Part shown: positions 26,256 to 39,878 of the stretch, piece after piece
Numbering within the stretch: the stretch's first letter is position 1
Layout: every line of letters begins with the position of its first letter
Source: Halocafeteria seosinensis
Taxonomy: Eukaryota
DNA length: 64,000 bases
NCBI GenBank assembly: GCA_001687465.1
Contig: LVLI01000094.1
Span: 62,001 to 126,000, forward strand
Reading direction: 5' to 3'
The notes under the pieces: generated by a model
Databases searched by the model: none
The model's input: the letters and a program-made list of their open reading frames with translations, nothing else
Told to the model about the DNA's origin: nothing
Position numbers and translations under genes: made by a program

Positions 26256-26857
26256 TATGCTCTATCTGTAGAAAAATGCTCTATATATGGGATGGCAGGT
26301 GTACTTGTAGATGTTTGCACGTCTCCCTCTCCTTTCCTCAGCGACAGGGAGTGTGTTTCACTGCAGAGATCGATAGCAGCACTATCCAAAGACCGAGATA
26401 TCTCCACGTGAGATGTTAGCACCCTATATTAAACAATACAATAACGGGGAAAATGTTTGCAGCTCCAAAAGTTCAACCTAGCGTCCAACTTCAACCTAGG
26501 CGAAGGAATTCAATTGGCTGGTTCAAGCAAGTGCCACAACAAGCGTTCAGGTGGATGGCAGAGGTCATGGGCATAAATTATTGATGGAAGTTGACTAGGT
26601 AAAATACTGCCATGCTTGTTGCTCGTTTATTATGGTTCACTGATGTCGGTGTTCTGGTTCAAATCTTGAACGAATTCCACCGCTACCGGGGGATACGGGA
26701 AATGTGTCGCATGCCGTCCTTGATGTTTCGGTTGGAACCACCATGTAATTGCTCAGAGTAATGTATCCTTGTAGCAGTCCGATATTCAAAAGACAAGGGG
26801 AAAACATTTGGTTGGAGCCCACTGCGATGATGGTGAGTCGTATTCCTCACTTATATC

Positions 26858-28944
26858 CTATGTATCAGTCTGCACTACTTTCCAGATTTGAACAGCCAAA
26901 CCAATAGGAACGAGCAAAATGCCGACAATCATCTGAATGTATGCAGCATTCCCACGCCACGAGACGCCCCACGATTGCCTCGACAGGCGTATGTAAAAGT
27001 AGGCAGGTAATATGAAAACCACAAAACATGACATTGTGGATCCCGTAAAGCCAAAGACAGTCCGAATATCTGGGACAACAATGGCTAAGAGTGTCGCTAT
27101 AAACACAATACTAACATTTAACGCCGTATGAAGTTTCCAGTTGATTCCATCAGTATGGGAAGCTTCCGCGTGGCCGAAAATTAACTGTTCCGCCGAGTGT
27201 CGTAGTTCAAATGCCACCACTGGAAAGCTGAAAGTCAGTGCAAGAGCAATTCCGATTTGCATTACTTTCACAACAACAGATGGAACAAATATGGACCCCG
27301 ATGAATCCTTCTTGCTCTCTAAATCCTCATAGGACTGTACCCAGATATCAACCGTCGATAAACAGTGCCCAGGGATTCGCGTTACATGTGTACAAAGAGA
27401 TAACTTACCTCTATAACATCACTCTTCGCGTTACCTTCGAAGGCAAAGAAGCCAAACGACCCTCCAATAGAATATATAACGAGGCAAACTAGCATACTAT
27501 ATTTAGAAACCAAATCTGTCCGCTTTTTCGATGGGTCCTTGAGTTCAGCAACAACAGGGAACACATTCATATGGCAAACGAAACTGCACTATCCAGGGAA
27601 ACAAAAAACCAAGTTGGCGTATAATGTTGCCGCATCCCCAGTAGATATTCAGATAACACTTACGCAAAGCTCATTATCGGGATGCTCAGAAATACGTCCT
27701 CAAAACTAGAGGGGCCCCAATTGATTTTCCCCCAGTCAATATTTCCACTGGTAAGCTTGTACATGCCATCGACGAGCAGTACGATCATGAATGCTACAAC
27801 TAAACCTACGGCTCCCATACTGCATAACAAATCGACAATATAAGGGTATTCGCTTTAGGTTGTAAACACTACTGCGCGGCACACGTACCTCGAATACCTT
27901 AAAGCATCAATTCGGGGAAGCATACAAAGCGGGAATATTACCCCTGCTGATAATATAATCTGCCAGTAGTCTCTGTATGTTGACATAAACACCGCATATG
28001 CCATCGACGTTGGTGGTACCTCGGGTGCGAACCAGAACATAGCCACTTACACATTCGACATAGCACCGTCTATGCCGGAGACTACCGGGTGCATCACTGT
28101 ACCTATAATCTGTCCAGAAAGAGACAACGAGGAAATGACGATAACAACCTACTATTCCGACCGATTTTATGATTGAACTGCCCACCTACTTTAACAAACG
28201 ATGTGTTGGCTCCGAGTTGCTGGAGCAATACTGTCACTAAAGCTAAGTTTTTGCCGAATTTTCCCGCTGCTTTATTTCCAATCCCTGAACGAGAGAGAAA
28301 GTGTTCACATCATCAAAGTTGACAACTATAACATTTACCCTCGCGCAAAACGTACCTGCATATGTTAGCCTCCTGGCTATCTTCATTCCATCTACGAGCA
28401 TTCGTACACTCGCTTCGGCCATGAAGCAGACGACGAGAAGCATCGCCAGAAATAGCGGTATTCCACACGACTGGCAAGCGTAAGGCATTGACAGTCCAGA
28501 TGCGCCTAAAATAGTGCTGCTTAAATTAAATACTGATGAGAGAGGAGTCCCCGTACGCTCCGCGTCAGTCAGAGACGCCAACAAGCTTCCATCCTCCTCA
28601 CGTAGTAAAGGTGCCGCATCGTCGAAATCTTCCCCCGGGACCTCTTTGCTTAATGTATCCACATTCAAACTGCTCCCTCTCTTTTGATACCGCCCGCCGT
28701 CATGGGAGTGCGCATAGCCTCTGGAATCGCCTTTCAAAGCTACTTCATCTTGATCTGGGGCTCCTCCATTGAGACTGAGGCTGCTGCGCTTTCGCTCCTC
28801 ACTAGGCGATAATACATTCCCTGGGTTCAGTCCATGCAAATTAGGGGAGATCGTCGTCTCTCCTTGTTCATCGTCATACCTCTCATGACCGTCATAAAGG
28901 GGTTGAGAAGCAGAAGTAGACCCCTTGCTGGACGTGGTCCCCAT
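26858..28944 (-). CDS. Amino acid transporter, Aa_trans/SLC38-like
   Basis: SSVFNLSSTILGASGLSMPYA, FPLCMLPRIDALRYS, FVCHMNVFPV, FSFPVVAFELR, VFGFTGS...FILPAYFY. Confidence 0.9.
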
Positions 28945-29370
28945 TGTCCTGAGGCATTCACAGCCACTACCACCCCCCCGATACTTGGTGGATATATCAC
29001 TTCCAAATATGTGCACACTATGCCGGATTTTGGGTCATCATCAATACAGGGAGGTCGGAATATTGTAGCCTCTCCAGGCGACCTCCGCTGCGAGAAGTGT
29101 ACTGCCGTACTACTCCGGGTATTTGTGTAGCTGGTGGGAACCTCTGTTCGATGAATCCCGTTGCTTAAGAGACTATGTGGTACCGTCATGTAGGCCGTGT
29201 CGTGGTACTAGGTTAAATATCCTTCATGTGGTTGTACCATATGTATACGAAGTAAAACAACCATTTTGTATTATTACTCATACCTTTTCTCTGGAATACT
29301 TGAACTTCGCTTCTTGGAAACTGGTAATAAAGTTTTCTTGAAGTGAAATATATACGGCAACGCCGGTTCA

Positions 29371-31849
29371 TCATGGTGAAGTATGCGTCCAGTCGAAGTC
29401 ATTTCCATGCGTCATAATGTGTTCGTCGTAGTGCAGCAAGCTTCCCACCGAGGACTTTGGTTCACCAGGGCTGCCGCCGTTGCTCAGAAGAGGCTTGGAA
29501 TAACTGAAGTGTTTAGACTCAGAAACATTGCCCGCAGAACTCCCCAACGCAGCCCAAGTAGCTCTACTTTGTAAAGGGCTATCGAGCTCTTCTAGGGAAT
29601 GGAAAACACTGCTGCTGCTAACCGGACCAGTATCAACACCATAGCCGCTTGTTTTGATACTTGGAATTTGGAAGATAGGCTCCTCTGTTTCTGGCGGCGG
29701 CTGTTCGATATCTTCTACGGAAAGTTCGGCGGGATTTGATGCACTATTTCTCGGAGCCCGGACTCCAGTTGACTCAATGTCGTCATGTCCATCTGTACAA
29801 GAAGTGAAGAAGTCTTCTACAAGCATTGAAGGCAAGACGAAAGATAACGAGGAAGCACTTACCCATGTTGCGGTAGTCACTCAGTAAGTGCCAGAAGGTG
29901 AGCTTAGTGTGTCCGTCCTTTAGCCCGGCAGCATTTATGGCGCTTTCTAAGGTGCGCTGGTGACCCATTTCTCCAAGCAGAGTGCTACCAGCTGAAGACG
30001 ATGGACATGTGTTTATTGAAGATCCGGTGTTGGTGCTCCTTAACTGGTGTCGTGAGGCGTGTAGGTAAGCCATCGTAACAATGTCTGCTTCTAACTCTGC
30101 GACTCTTCGACGTGTTTCCCCAAGTTCGGAAATGGATTCAACATCCAGCGATGTAAGAATATTGCGTAAGGCACATTCCTTAATGTCTTGCGGCCGCTTA
30201 TTGTAAAATGACTCCAAAAGTTGGGGAGAAGCTTTCCACACGGCGTCATGGGCATGGTTCGCGGTTTTCCGCAAGGCTTCAATTTCCGTAGCGCTGGCAT
30301 CTCGCGGTATTCGATGGGCCACTAGAACAAATAATTCCTCGTCCGACAAAAGTCCGGGTGTCAACTCAATAGCTGAGTCTGCATCGTCCATCCACATGAG
30401 TTTTTAAAGGGTACTGTGGATTCTGCGTGGAGCGTACGTACCGGTGTAATTGTTAGTTTCGGCTGAGACGACCTTGTGATTGTGCTGCTGCTTCTGCATT
30501 GTGCCTGGATAGCGTAACAAAACATATAGCTCTAGAGCCGCGCACACTTACATTGGCAATACCGGTTATTGATGCTTCATCTGGAGGAGTGTGGAAATCT
30601 GTAGGAAAAGACTCTGTAAACATCCCGGGTGTCGACAGATTGGTCGAACCAGTACTTACCTCCAAGTTCTATAACTCCCGGATCATCCTTGGAGAAGCTA
30701 CTGCTTCTCGATCGTGAGTTAGTGTCGCTTGATCTTCGCCGTTTGCGGGGGTGAGACTCGCTCAACAAATGATTCTTCTCTTCGCTGTGGTAATGTTCTT
30801 CTTCTTCGTCGTCGCCTTCCTCTTCGTCTTCCGGCTCTACCTCGTTTTCGCCTTCATCAGATGAGAATACGCTTTCGTTATTTTCTTCAGAGGAATGCTT
30901 GTTACTAGAGTGTGTTCTCTTGATCCCCCGACTCTCCAGATCCACTCGAACTGGTGATCGTTCCCGACAAAGCCTTTCCGGAAACTCTGTTTCATTTTGT
31001 CGTACTATTCTCCGTCGATAGCTGTTCCATAAGTTTTTAACTGCATTTTCCGTTCTACCGGGGAGTCTCTTGGCGATCTCCGACCATTTGTTTCCTAGTG
31101 TTTTGTGGGCTTCAAACATGATTTTCTCCTCTTCCTTCGTCCATACGCCTGCACAAACAACTTGATGACACCCATAATTGGCAGCGTTAGTGCTTTACAT
31201 ACCTCGATTAATGCTTGGATCTAGCTGATTGAACCACCGATCGCGGCACTGCTTTCCATCTCTCCAGAACATTTTTGCGGCAACATCAGCCCACTGAATA
31301 TGTTTACTGTGACGCTTGGTCTTAAAGTTCATCACTTCTTCGACAAGCTTCGTCAGTTTCTTGTCTTCACTCGCTGTCCAGTTTCCTCTATTTCTATTGG
31401 TCTGTGATAGATGCTAAAGCAAGCTTTGTCCACTGATTGTGTCTACAGGCAGCAGCGGGAACAATGAGCGCACCTTAAGGATTAGTTGCCATCGTTGTTT
31501 GCAGTCTTCTGGCTGAATATCCGGAATGTTTAGCAGCTTAGTTACCTGTTGCAAAAGAAAAGCAAATGTGAAGGTTTCCCCACTGGGGAAATTACTTCGC
31601 CAACCCACATACTTTCACCCATGATTGGGTTCCCCAGTGGGCAACGACATTCCGTAGTTGCATGTCCCGTTCGAAATTCCATACAGGATCATACGGACAT
31701 ACTATTCGTTTGCCATGGTAGAATCTTACGTCATCGTTGGGCCCTACGGGCGGGTGCTTGCCCGATGGCTCGTTCTCTGGGGAAGTCTTTGAATCATTTG
31801 AGTCATCACTCTGGCCCCAGTTGTGCAGCGGCTCCAGTAGCTCTTCCAT
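29371..31849 (-). CDS. Second three-repeat Myb factor with a long acidic/Ser-rich C-terminus; start may lie further upstream
   Basis: [90 protein letters not shown]. Confidence 0.88.
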
Positions 31850-32913
31850 TCTTTCCGTTCCATCTTCTCGTGCCCTCTTGTGTTGTCTTGTGTTTCCGTC
31901 TTCTTGCTGAGGAACCTCCCGAAAATAAGGCGAGTTGCTGTGCCTTTTACCGTTGCTGTGAGAAAAACACGTAGTTAGCTGGGTATCCCTGCTCAATAAA
32001 TATCCCTGCTTTACAAGCAACTTACAGGGATTGACTCCAAGTTTTTTCATCCTTCTTGTATAGCGTATGTTCGCTCGATCTGCTCGTAGTCTTGTCGCAG
32101 GATTCCGACCCCTGAGGTGTGAGTTTTGTAGCACGTTTTCCGTATTTCCCTCCTACCCTGAATCCACCAAAAACAGAAGGGCCAAGATAATCAAATTCAT
32201 TCGTATGATCTTTTCGTAGAAAAGATGACAAGGACGCAGGATAGAACGTACTTTGAGAGGGGCGCAGTAGGCCTCCGGATTCCTGATTTTCCCATTCTTC
32301 AGAACCTTTTGATTTCCAAAGGAAGCCACCTCCGTATTTTTGGACAACGCAGTCGAACGCAATAGCGTAAACCACGCCTATAAGCGTGTTCCGCCGTCTT
32401 TAGAATAGAAAATTAGGATACAATAAAGGCTTGTTGAACTACGGAAAAGCACAGAGGGGGGCCACACTGGCGTCCTTGGTCCTTCTCCTTCCGCGTGTGT
32501 ATACCCCACAGCCAACGCGTCCGTCTTTCACTACGACTGCACCTCTTCGTTTAGAGGATATTAAAGCAGGAAGAGACAGAGGGAACATCGGGAGAGTGCT
32601 GTTGGACAGCTCTTGCAAACAATCCACAGATTGACCACATAACTGACGGTCTCAGGCTTTTGCTCCGGCTCTCTGTGGGCATCACATTGCATGTGTACCG
32701 CATCCATTTCCGTTTAAATAAGATGTATTCATAGGAAACTCATTTATGTATGAAGTACAAGTTGTAGAGAGTAGGAAGTGAAAATGGGCAGTGAGGATGT
32801 AGACGTTGTCCCGTAGGGACTCTTGTTAGGGAGCGAAAGAGGGGGAACGAGAACGGAGGAATTCTTCAACATCTGCTTTCGTTCAAACACCCACACACAT
32901 TTACAGAACAGTC

Positions 32914-35213
32914 ATGATGAGGGTCAGTACGTCAAAGATTGTCCTGTGTGCCATTGCTATGCTCTTTGGAGCAGACTATTTGGCTCGAGCAGTATATGTG
33001 GAATTGGACACGGATTCCTCTGTGGAATTAGGTAATGAGTATGCAGACAACACAACATGTCCCGAATTTAGTTATGAGCAAGACCCAATGCTCTGGAACT
33101 TGGTGCAAAGAGTTCTGACAAACTCAACTCTGGTCATTGCCTTCGAGTTGAACCCAAAGCTTGCATGGATGGTCACCGCCATTCAGATTCAGTTCCCTAA
33201 AACATCAATTGTATTTCTGGCCTCGGAAAGTCTCTCAACGTGTATGAAAACATATACAATTTGGAAAGAAATGGGGAACGAATCCTCATTAAGCTATGTA
33301 CGAGAACCAACTAGTCTAAATGCCAGCGGGTCACTCTACGGTGCCAGAAATCCTCTGTTTCTTTTGGGAGCACCCCCTGATCAGGGGAATAGAAATACGG
33401 AGTTCATGAAGACGTTCAAGGAACGTCTACGAGACATTCATCTGTCAGTCCTCACGACCGGGGCTGTAGAACCTTCCCAAGCAGACAATGAAACAGCGGT
33501 ACTGTCAAAAGCAGTCCCAAATAAGCGAATGCAAACGCTGGCTCCACGCTTGAGCCATGACGTGCATTGGAGATTGATACACTTCTTCCCGGATTCTATG
33601 AAACCTTCTCGAATACATTACCCGTTTGAGCTTGTTGACGACGTCACCTTCTTAAAGAAGCAAATATTCCCCTACAGAGTAGTCACTGCTGGTACCAGTG
33701 TAAAAATGAAATTGCTCTCGGAGGATACGTTTGCTTGGGAGAATCCTAGGTCTCCTGCCGAACGTGGCTCAACGGTCAATGACGCCGTCATTGAGCTTCA
33801 TAAACAATTGAACAGACAGCAATTTGAAGTCAATTGTTCAACCCAAAAGTTGCTAGCATTTCAATGGTCCCACGAACACAGAATCCACGGCTTTGCTGCG
33901 ATGTACCAAGTAAGTAACTCAATTTGATGCTTCGAGTTACCTCTCACTTCGTGTACACTTCACTGCAGTTCCTAGCAGCCTCCCTAAGTATTGCTTATCA
34001 GTTGAACAGAACCCTGGTAGAGTTCAAGCGAGCAGAGACAGATCAACATTCTGAACCATGGAACAACACGCTCGGTCAAAATTTATCGACCTTGAAGCCG
34101 CCGCAGGACATACCAGCTTCTGCGTTGGGAAGCCTTCCAGACCCTAGAATAGAGGCGTATCCTGACATTAGAGTAATCCATGATCACTGGCTGCGCGCTC
34201 CCTCGTCGCTGTGCAAACATGAAATGTTTGGTTGCTACATGCGCCCCATTTCGAGCTGTTTTGTCGAGACCTCATCCGACGGATTACATGTAGATTCAGT
34301 TCCATTGCTAGACCCTCGAGACGTCAACCAGGTTAGTTCGCACTGCGCAGATGGGTTGCTTGAGGTGTGGGAGCCACATAGTGATTATGAAATGCAGGCA
34401 CATCGCGTCGTGCGTATCAATAGTATGTTTACATTTAAGAAAGCTCTAAGATCAGCAACGCACCCAAAAAACATCCCTGAATGGTTTAAGAACCTGGCTG
34501 TTTCTTCGGGTGCGCCGTCTACCGTATACAACTGGCAATCACTCTGGTTTCCGTCGTTTGAATCTTTCCTATTTAGGCCAAAGAAAGAGATATTTGATCA
34601 GTTCAAGGAATACGCAGCAACAAAAGCTTTCATCCGCACATTAGCAGGAAGTCAGATAGAGAATCTACGAGCCGCAACACGCGACGCGCCGATTGCGGTA
34701 GTCGGTGCCCACTTTCGTGAAGGGGATGTGGAACACACAGGGAGAGGCCGGCTTCCGATTGAGCACGCATTTACTCTCATAGGACAGCTCAAGAGAGCTT
34801 TAACGTATAACCACATATTTTTGGTCATAGCAACAAACAATGCCCAGTTGAGGCGACGAGTCCAGAGGTTTCATGCTGTCGGTGTGACCGCCGTAGCCCT
34901 GGTGTACCATGACGAAGCCCTACTGGAGCTTGGGACTCTAGAAAGGTACCTCTCCGCAAGCGGAAATGCAAAGCAGGCATACTCAGCCACACTTAGCATA
35001 ATTCAGGACGTGGATCTTCTCAGCTCGACAAGTTTCCTAGTGGGGGCTTGCTTCTCTCAAGTCTCACGCCTCGCCTTCGAGTTAATGGTAGCCAAGCATC
35101 ACGCCCAACTGCCACCAGTTTCTGTAGATTGGGAGGACTGCCGGGATGCTTCTTATCATCCATATTGCATGGCAATTCCCTGGTGGCCACGATTCGATAC
35201 GTGGATGGATTAG
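32914..35213 (+). CDS. Signal-anchored GT23 (alpha-1,6-fucosyltransferase/NodZ-like) glycosyltransferase with an extra N-terminal domain; intron 33910-33968
   Basis: N-terminal hydrophobic anchor; GFAAMYQ|FLAASL...NRTLV, VGAHFREGD, VIATNN, DVDLLSSTSFLVGACFSQVSRLAFELM. Confidence 0.75.
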
Positions 35214-35218
35214 AGCTC

Positions 35219-37817
35219 TCATCCACTGTAAAACGCATACCTCAATGGTTTAGCGGGGGTTTGTAGACATACACAAACGACGAAGAGGAAACAAGAAACA
35301 AAGTAGGGAAAGCATTCGTCAAAGCGCTGCATTGTAGCGCTATAGAAAGGGGAATCCGGTCCGAAGGACGTATCATATAAAGATCCAGCTAAAGGAGTCT
35401 TGCTGTTAATTCCAAACAGCCCGTCTGTATAGGTTTCTCTCTGTTTCGCCGCTTTATGCAAGGCTTCTGTAAACGCAATCTTCGTATTGGACGAATCCGA
35501 AGGCCTTAAAATACTCAAAGATTTTCTCCGCTCCATCAGTCGCCGGTGAAATCGACTCGCGTATTCATCGTCCTTAGCTCGCTTGGTATTTTCCGCTCCT
35601 TCCAGTTCACTAGCTGCTATTATCTTTTCTATTTTATGCGAAAACACCTTGCGCATTATCCTGGCAGAAATGGTTCGCACTAGTGCCATCGTGATAAAGC
35701 GGCACCAGACACTGAAGGTGTCCACATTCTCGAAGCCGCTAGGAGCGCCTAGCCGTGGTTGTCTATCTCCGAGAATCGACAAAATGGTGATCGTAGCAGG
35801 TGCTACCAGTAGCGTCGAAATATCGGCTAAAGTATCCTGTTCAGCCATTCGAATCAGATAAATCAACGATTGGATATTTCCAGCCGGCTTGGTCTTAGGA
35901 GCAGCTTTGTAAGTTATATCATCCTCGGTAGCCGTGCGTCCTCTAGAAGACACTTCTCGCTTGCTAGGGGCGCTGGCAAACTCTGGCGATTGCGATTGCG
36001 AGTGCTCATCAGGCGATAGATCATGACTTCCAACGAATATCTTTGTCAAGGCAGTCATTGTGGCGCATGACAGGACTCGCGTTTTCGTTCTCAAGTTCTT
36101 TAGATACAATATCCAGGCACTGTTGTCATTGTCCTCCACCTCTGCGTCTTCTGAGGACTGATAAGCGTTGTGCACGTGCTTATAAATTTCATAATAGCTT
36201 CCTGTTCCGGAAAGTACGTAGTTTACGTTCATTAACATCGTGTTAAACAGGAACATCCATATGGGAGTGTCAGAGCTTCCTGCCGTTACGATGTAGAAGT
36301 AAAAATAGTAGTATGCTTGTCCTGCAGGGCAAATAATAAGCTTACAGGGCAACTGCTGCAGGCACCCAGAACCAACTTTACATACCGAGGAAAAGGAGAC
36401 GTGGAAACGATTGCGCGCTTCCCACCGCATCCATGCATTTCTCAAGGATACTGACGTACATCTGCATGCATACCATGTATCCGACGCTACTGAAGATCCC
36501 GATACTCGTTTGCTCGACAGTGGGGTTATCCGGCGAAGCCAACGAAAGTAAACCACCCTCACTCTTCATATGTGAAACAGAGTTCAAGCCCAGTGTGGAA
36601 AACAAATAGGTTACAAAGTGTCCGAGGAAGGTGGGGGTGTGAAGCAAGACGGTCGAGTACAACGTGAGTAACGCTAATCCCCTTGCAACCCTAGAAACGG
36701 TGTGAGAAGCTCCTCCGAACGATGCTACCATTTCGATTCGTTCTTGTCTAGCAAATCTGATGGCAATAGCCGCTAAAATGAACCAAATAATCTGATAATG
36801 CCAATATGAGCCAGTTTTGTCGAGCACGTAAGAAATCCAGGAGAGAGCAATCCCAGCTACCACTGCTGCAAACGAGATGCACGCTGTGAGGGCGGTAATC
36901 GGATCATTGCTATCCGTGATGTACTTAATTCCACTATGATCACGCGCACTCCATTCGCCTTCGGTTTCTGGTTCTTCTTCGGGGGAAATTTCGGAGCATT
37001 CCGATATCGACTCTCGGGCCTGATCTTCTTTAACAGCTCCAATGACTCGAACAGGAGCGTTCTTATCTGAATCAACGTCTCTCGTCGTCGTCATAAAAAT
37101 GTAAAACGGAATTCCCAAAAGCATGTATACCGCAAACACCGAATTGCCGATCGCCCATGCCGTATGCTCACTAATGGTACCTATGCCTGTTTCTATCAGA
37201 GCGATCACTGCTGCCCCTCCGACAACCGCAGGCACTTCATGGATCATGGAGAAACTGCATTGTTCATACGTGTAAACGGAAAAGCTTTCGTTCGGTTGGG
37301 AAAGAGCGTTACTAGGAAGAATAGCCTGATACTCACTTTTCTTGTTGTTTCCAGTAGACGACATGGAAAGTATACACTATCATCAGCGAGTATGCGGTAT
37401 ACCACAGCGATACTACAATGAGTCGATACGCCAGTGGCATCAAGTAGCCCAAAGTGATGGCGGCCGTAACCAAAAGGAACGAAAACAGAGGAAGAAGCAA
37501 GCGCTTCAGCAGATGACGCACATACATATGCCGTGCTTCTCTCGACCATTTGGAGGGTCTGTTGTACTGGGATCGAGCGAATACCGTCCCGACATCAAAG
37601 TCGATCAAGTTAATACTCACTTCTGCGTGAGCAAAGGGATCAATTGTGTGAGTAATGACGTCATTTGGCCAGTGGTCAGCAGGCATGAATGGAACGTACC
37701 CCAAAAAATAACCCTGGCATAGGATGCCAGCCATTCGTAGGCTTTCTTCGTCCTACGAGCCATCACGGAGGGACAATGCTCCTCGATTCCTCCCTGAGGC
37801 TGCTGCTGGCTATGCAT
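35219..37817 (-). CDS. Uncharacterised polytopic membrane protein (more than 10 hydrophobic segments), about 4 exons
   Basis: ORFs 37617-37817, 37333-37734, 36378-37364 and 35219-36562 join through GT-AG introns. Start ATG at 37817 or 37763. Confidence 0.7.
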
Positions 37818-38937
37818 ATTGCTTTAAAATCCCGCACGGTAAGAGTGCCATCTACTGGTATACCACCCTTTGTGTATAATAAACCATCGAGTGTGCGCGG
37901 AAGCCTTGAGAAATTCACCCAAGAATCAATGCCCCATGACCACACCACTTCCACGAATACCCTACTCTCCTAATGAGACAACACATAAACACCAATGACA
38001 AAACTGCATGCAGTACAATCATACGAGAGCCCCTAGAACATACCAGTGGTATGATACCACCTTTGTACGACGTTTCGTTGAAGTTGACTTCAACAACCCG
38101 ATTGGAGTCCATTCATTGGACTACCGCTGGGCGGCTGGAAGTTAAACCGAAAGTACAAGGGTAAGCATGGACCAACATTGTGCATCGTTGCAGCACGGGA
38201 TTTGTATGCCACGCAAGGCGCTATGAACGGGTGTATTTCTGTTGCACTACTTGTATTTATGTATTCTATTATACCATCGCATTGCATTGGGTGGCGACAG
38301 AGTAAGGACTAGTATTCCGTTTCCCTAGGCAGCTAGGCGCCCTGAGCACCGTGTAAGCTTCCTCCCTATCTGACCGGCAGACGTACAAGGACCTCTTCGT
38401 CTCCTCTCGTAGTTGTCCAGCACCACGGCTTATCAAGGCGATAGTGACCGTGTGGCCGATCTTTGTCCATGGTAAGCAGTTCCAAGAAATGTGGGCAGTA
38501 CAGCACTTCATGTGATATTCAGCACGCCTCAATCGCCTTCTTTCAGACCTGAACTTGGAAAACTGTGCCCGAGGTGGCATCATCGTCCCCTGCACGTTGC
38601 ACACGAACTGAGAGCGGTTTCATCGCCTCTCTGTCTTCTCCTTCAGCCCGCTGGATAACCAAACATTACTCCTTCGGAGCTTCGGTCACCAACCCCGGAA
38701 TCGTTCCTGAAGCTGAGGCAAAAGCTCCCTCTTCTCAGGAAACGTACAGCAGTGCTGCGGCAGCTGGCGCTTCTCCACAGCCTACATGTAATCCCCAAAA
38801 AGCTAAAGCTAGTAACGTACCTCTCTGCTTGAAGCGCCTCTGCCCGTCCCGCATGTAATTCTCCCTGTTTCTTCCCGCAAAAGCCCGCCCTGCTATCGGC
38901 ATATATTTGCTCAAATTGCCCTATCGGCTAGCCCCTG

Positions 38938-39438
38938 TCATGGTCGTCCGGTGTGCTGCGCGTCCTCGATGCGTTTATTGAGCTTCTCGCGCCTTAAACC
39001 CCAAGGGTCGTATTCGGGGTTTTCCCGGTAACTGTTCAAAGCTTTTTCATGATACGACAGAGCCGTCTGGGAATCCCCATGCAAATCCAAATCTAACGCC
39101 TTGCTCTCGATGGCCTGGGGCAAACCCCCCTCAACTGCCTTATTTCGCATATCTGCGGAGAGCTGGCGGATTCTTCGTCGCTCATCCTCTGCTAGAGTCT
39201 CCCGGTGAAGCTGCTCCAAGAGCCGTAGGTACATGTGGTATTGTGCGTCGGGATCTCCGGAAACGGCCTTATCGAGGATCGTTATCTTAGCTTCCCTGGG
39301 CATGAAACACTCGATAAATGCTCTGTCCGACTGGGGAAGGTCTAGAGGACGCCCTTCTATTGGCCCTGCTCCTCTGTTTGGCCCTTCGGACGCCAAAAAG
39401 CACTCTTCATCACCCGACGTTCCGTCAGGGTGCGCCAT
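38938..39438 (-). CDS. Small intronless Sel1/TPR-like repeat protein
   Basis: AVSGDPDAQYHMY, AVEGGLPQA and ALSYHEKAL resemble Sel1-like helical repeats. Confidence 0.5.
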   Translation of the reverse strand: MAHPDGTSGDEECFLASEGPNRGAGPIEGRPLDLPQSDRAFIECFMPREAKITILDKAVSGDPDAQYHMYLRLLEQLHRETLAEDERRRIRQLSADMRNKAVEGGLPQAIESKALDLDLHGDSQTALSYHEKALNSYRENPEYDPWGLRREKLNKRIEDAQHTGRP

Positions 39439-39878
39439 CGTTTTACCCGCCTTTGGTGTTACCGTATGCTAATACTTTCGTGTTCGTCTGGTGCCAAAAA
39501 TAGACAACAGCCTTGCGCGTGTTTCCCTGCGATAAGGCTGTACCAATTTTGTATTCGGCTAGCTAAATGAAGTCCAGTTGTTCCATTGCTGGATTAGCAT
39601 GCCGGCTGAGTTCCTCGCGTCTGTGGGCAGTCGAGCTATTATTCGCCCAATGGAACCTATACCTCCCATCGTAATAGAATATATTCAACCACTTGTACAA
39701 CTTGTACAATAGTAGTTCCCGGGTACAACTTCTGTGTCCGGGAGCCCATGGCTTCACAACTGTTGACAGAATTGACAACTTTACTCTACCATCTCACACG
39801 CTGACTGGATCAAGTTTAGTAGTAGCTAGAGTGTGCTTTATTTATTTATTTATTTATCTTCATTCATTCATTCATGTG

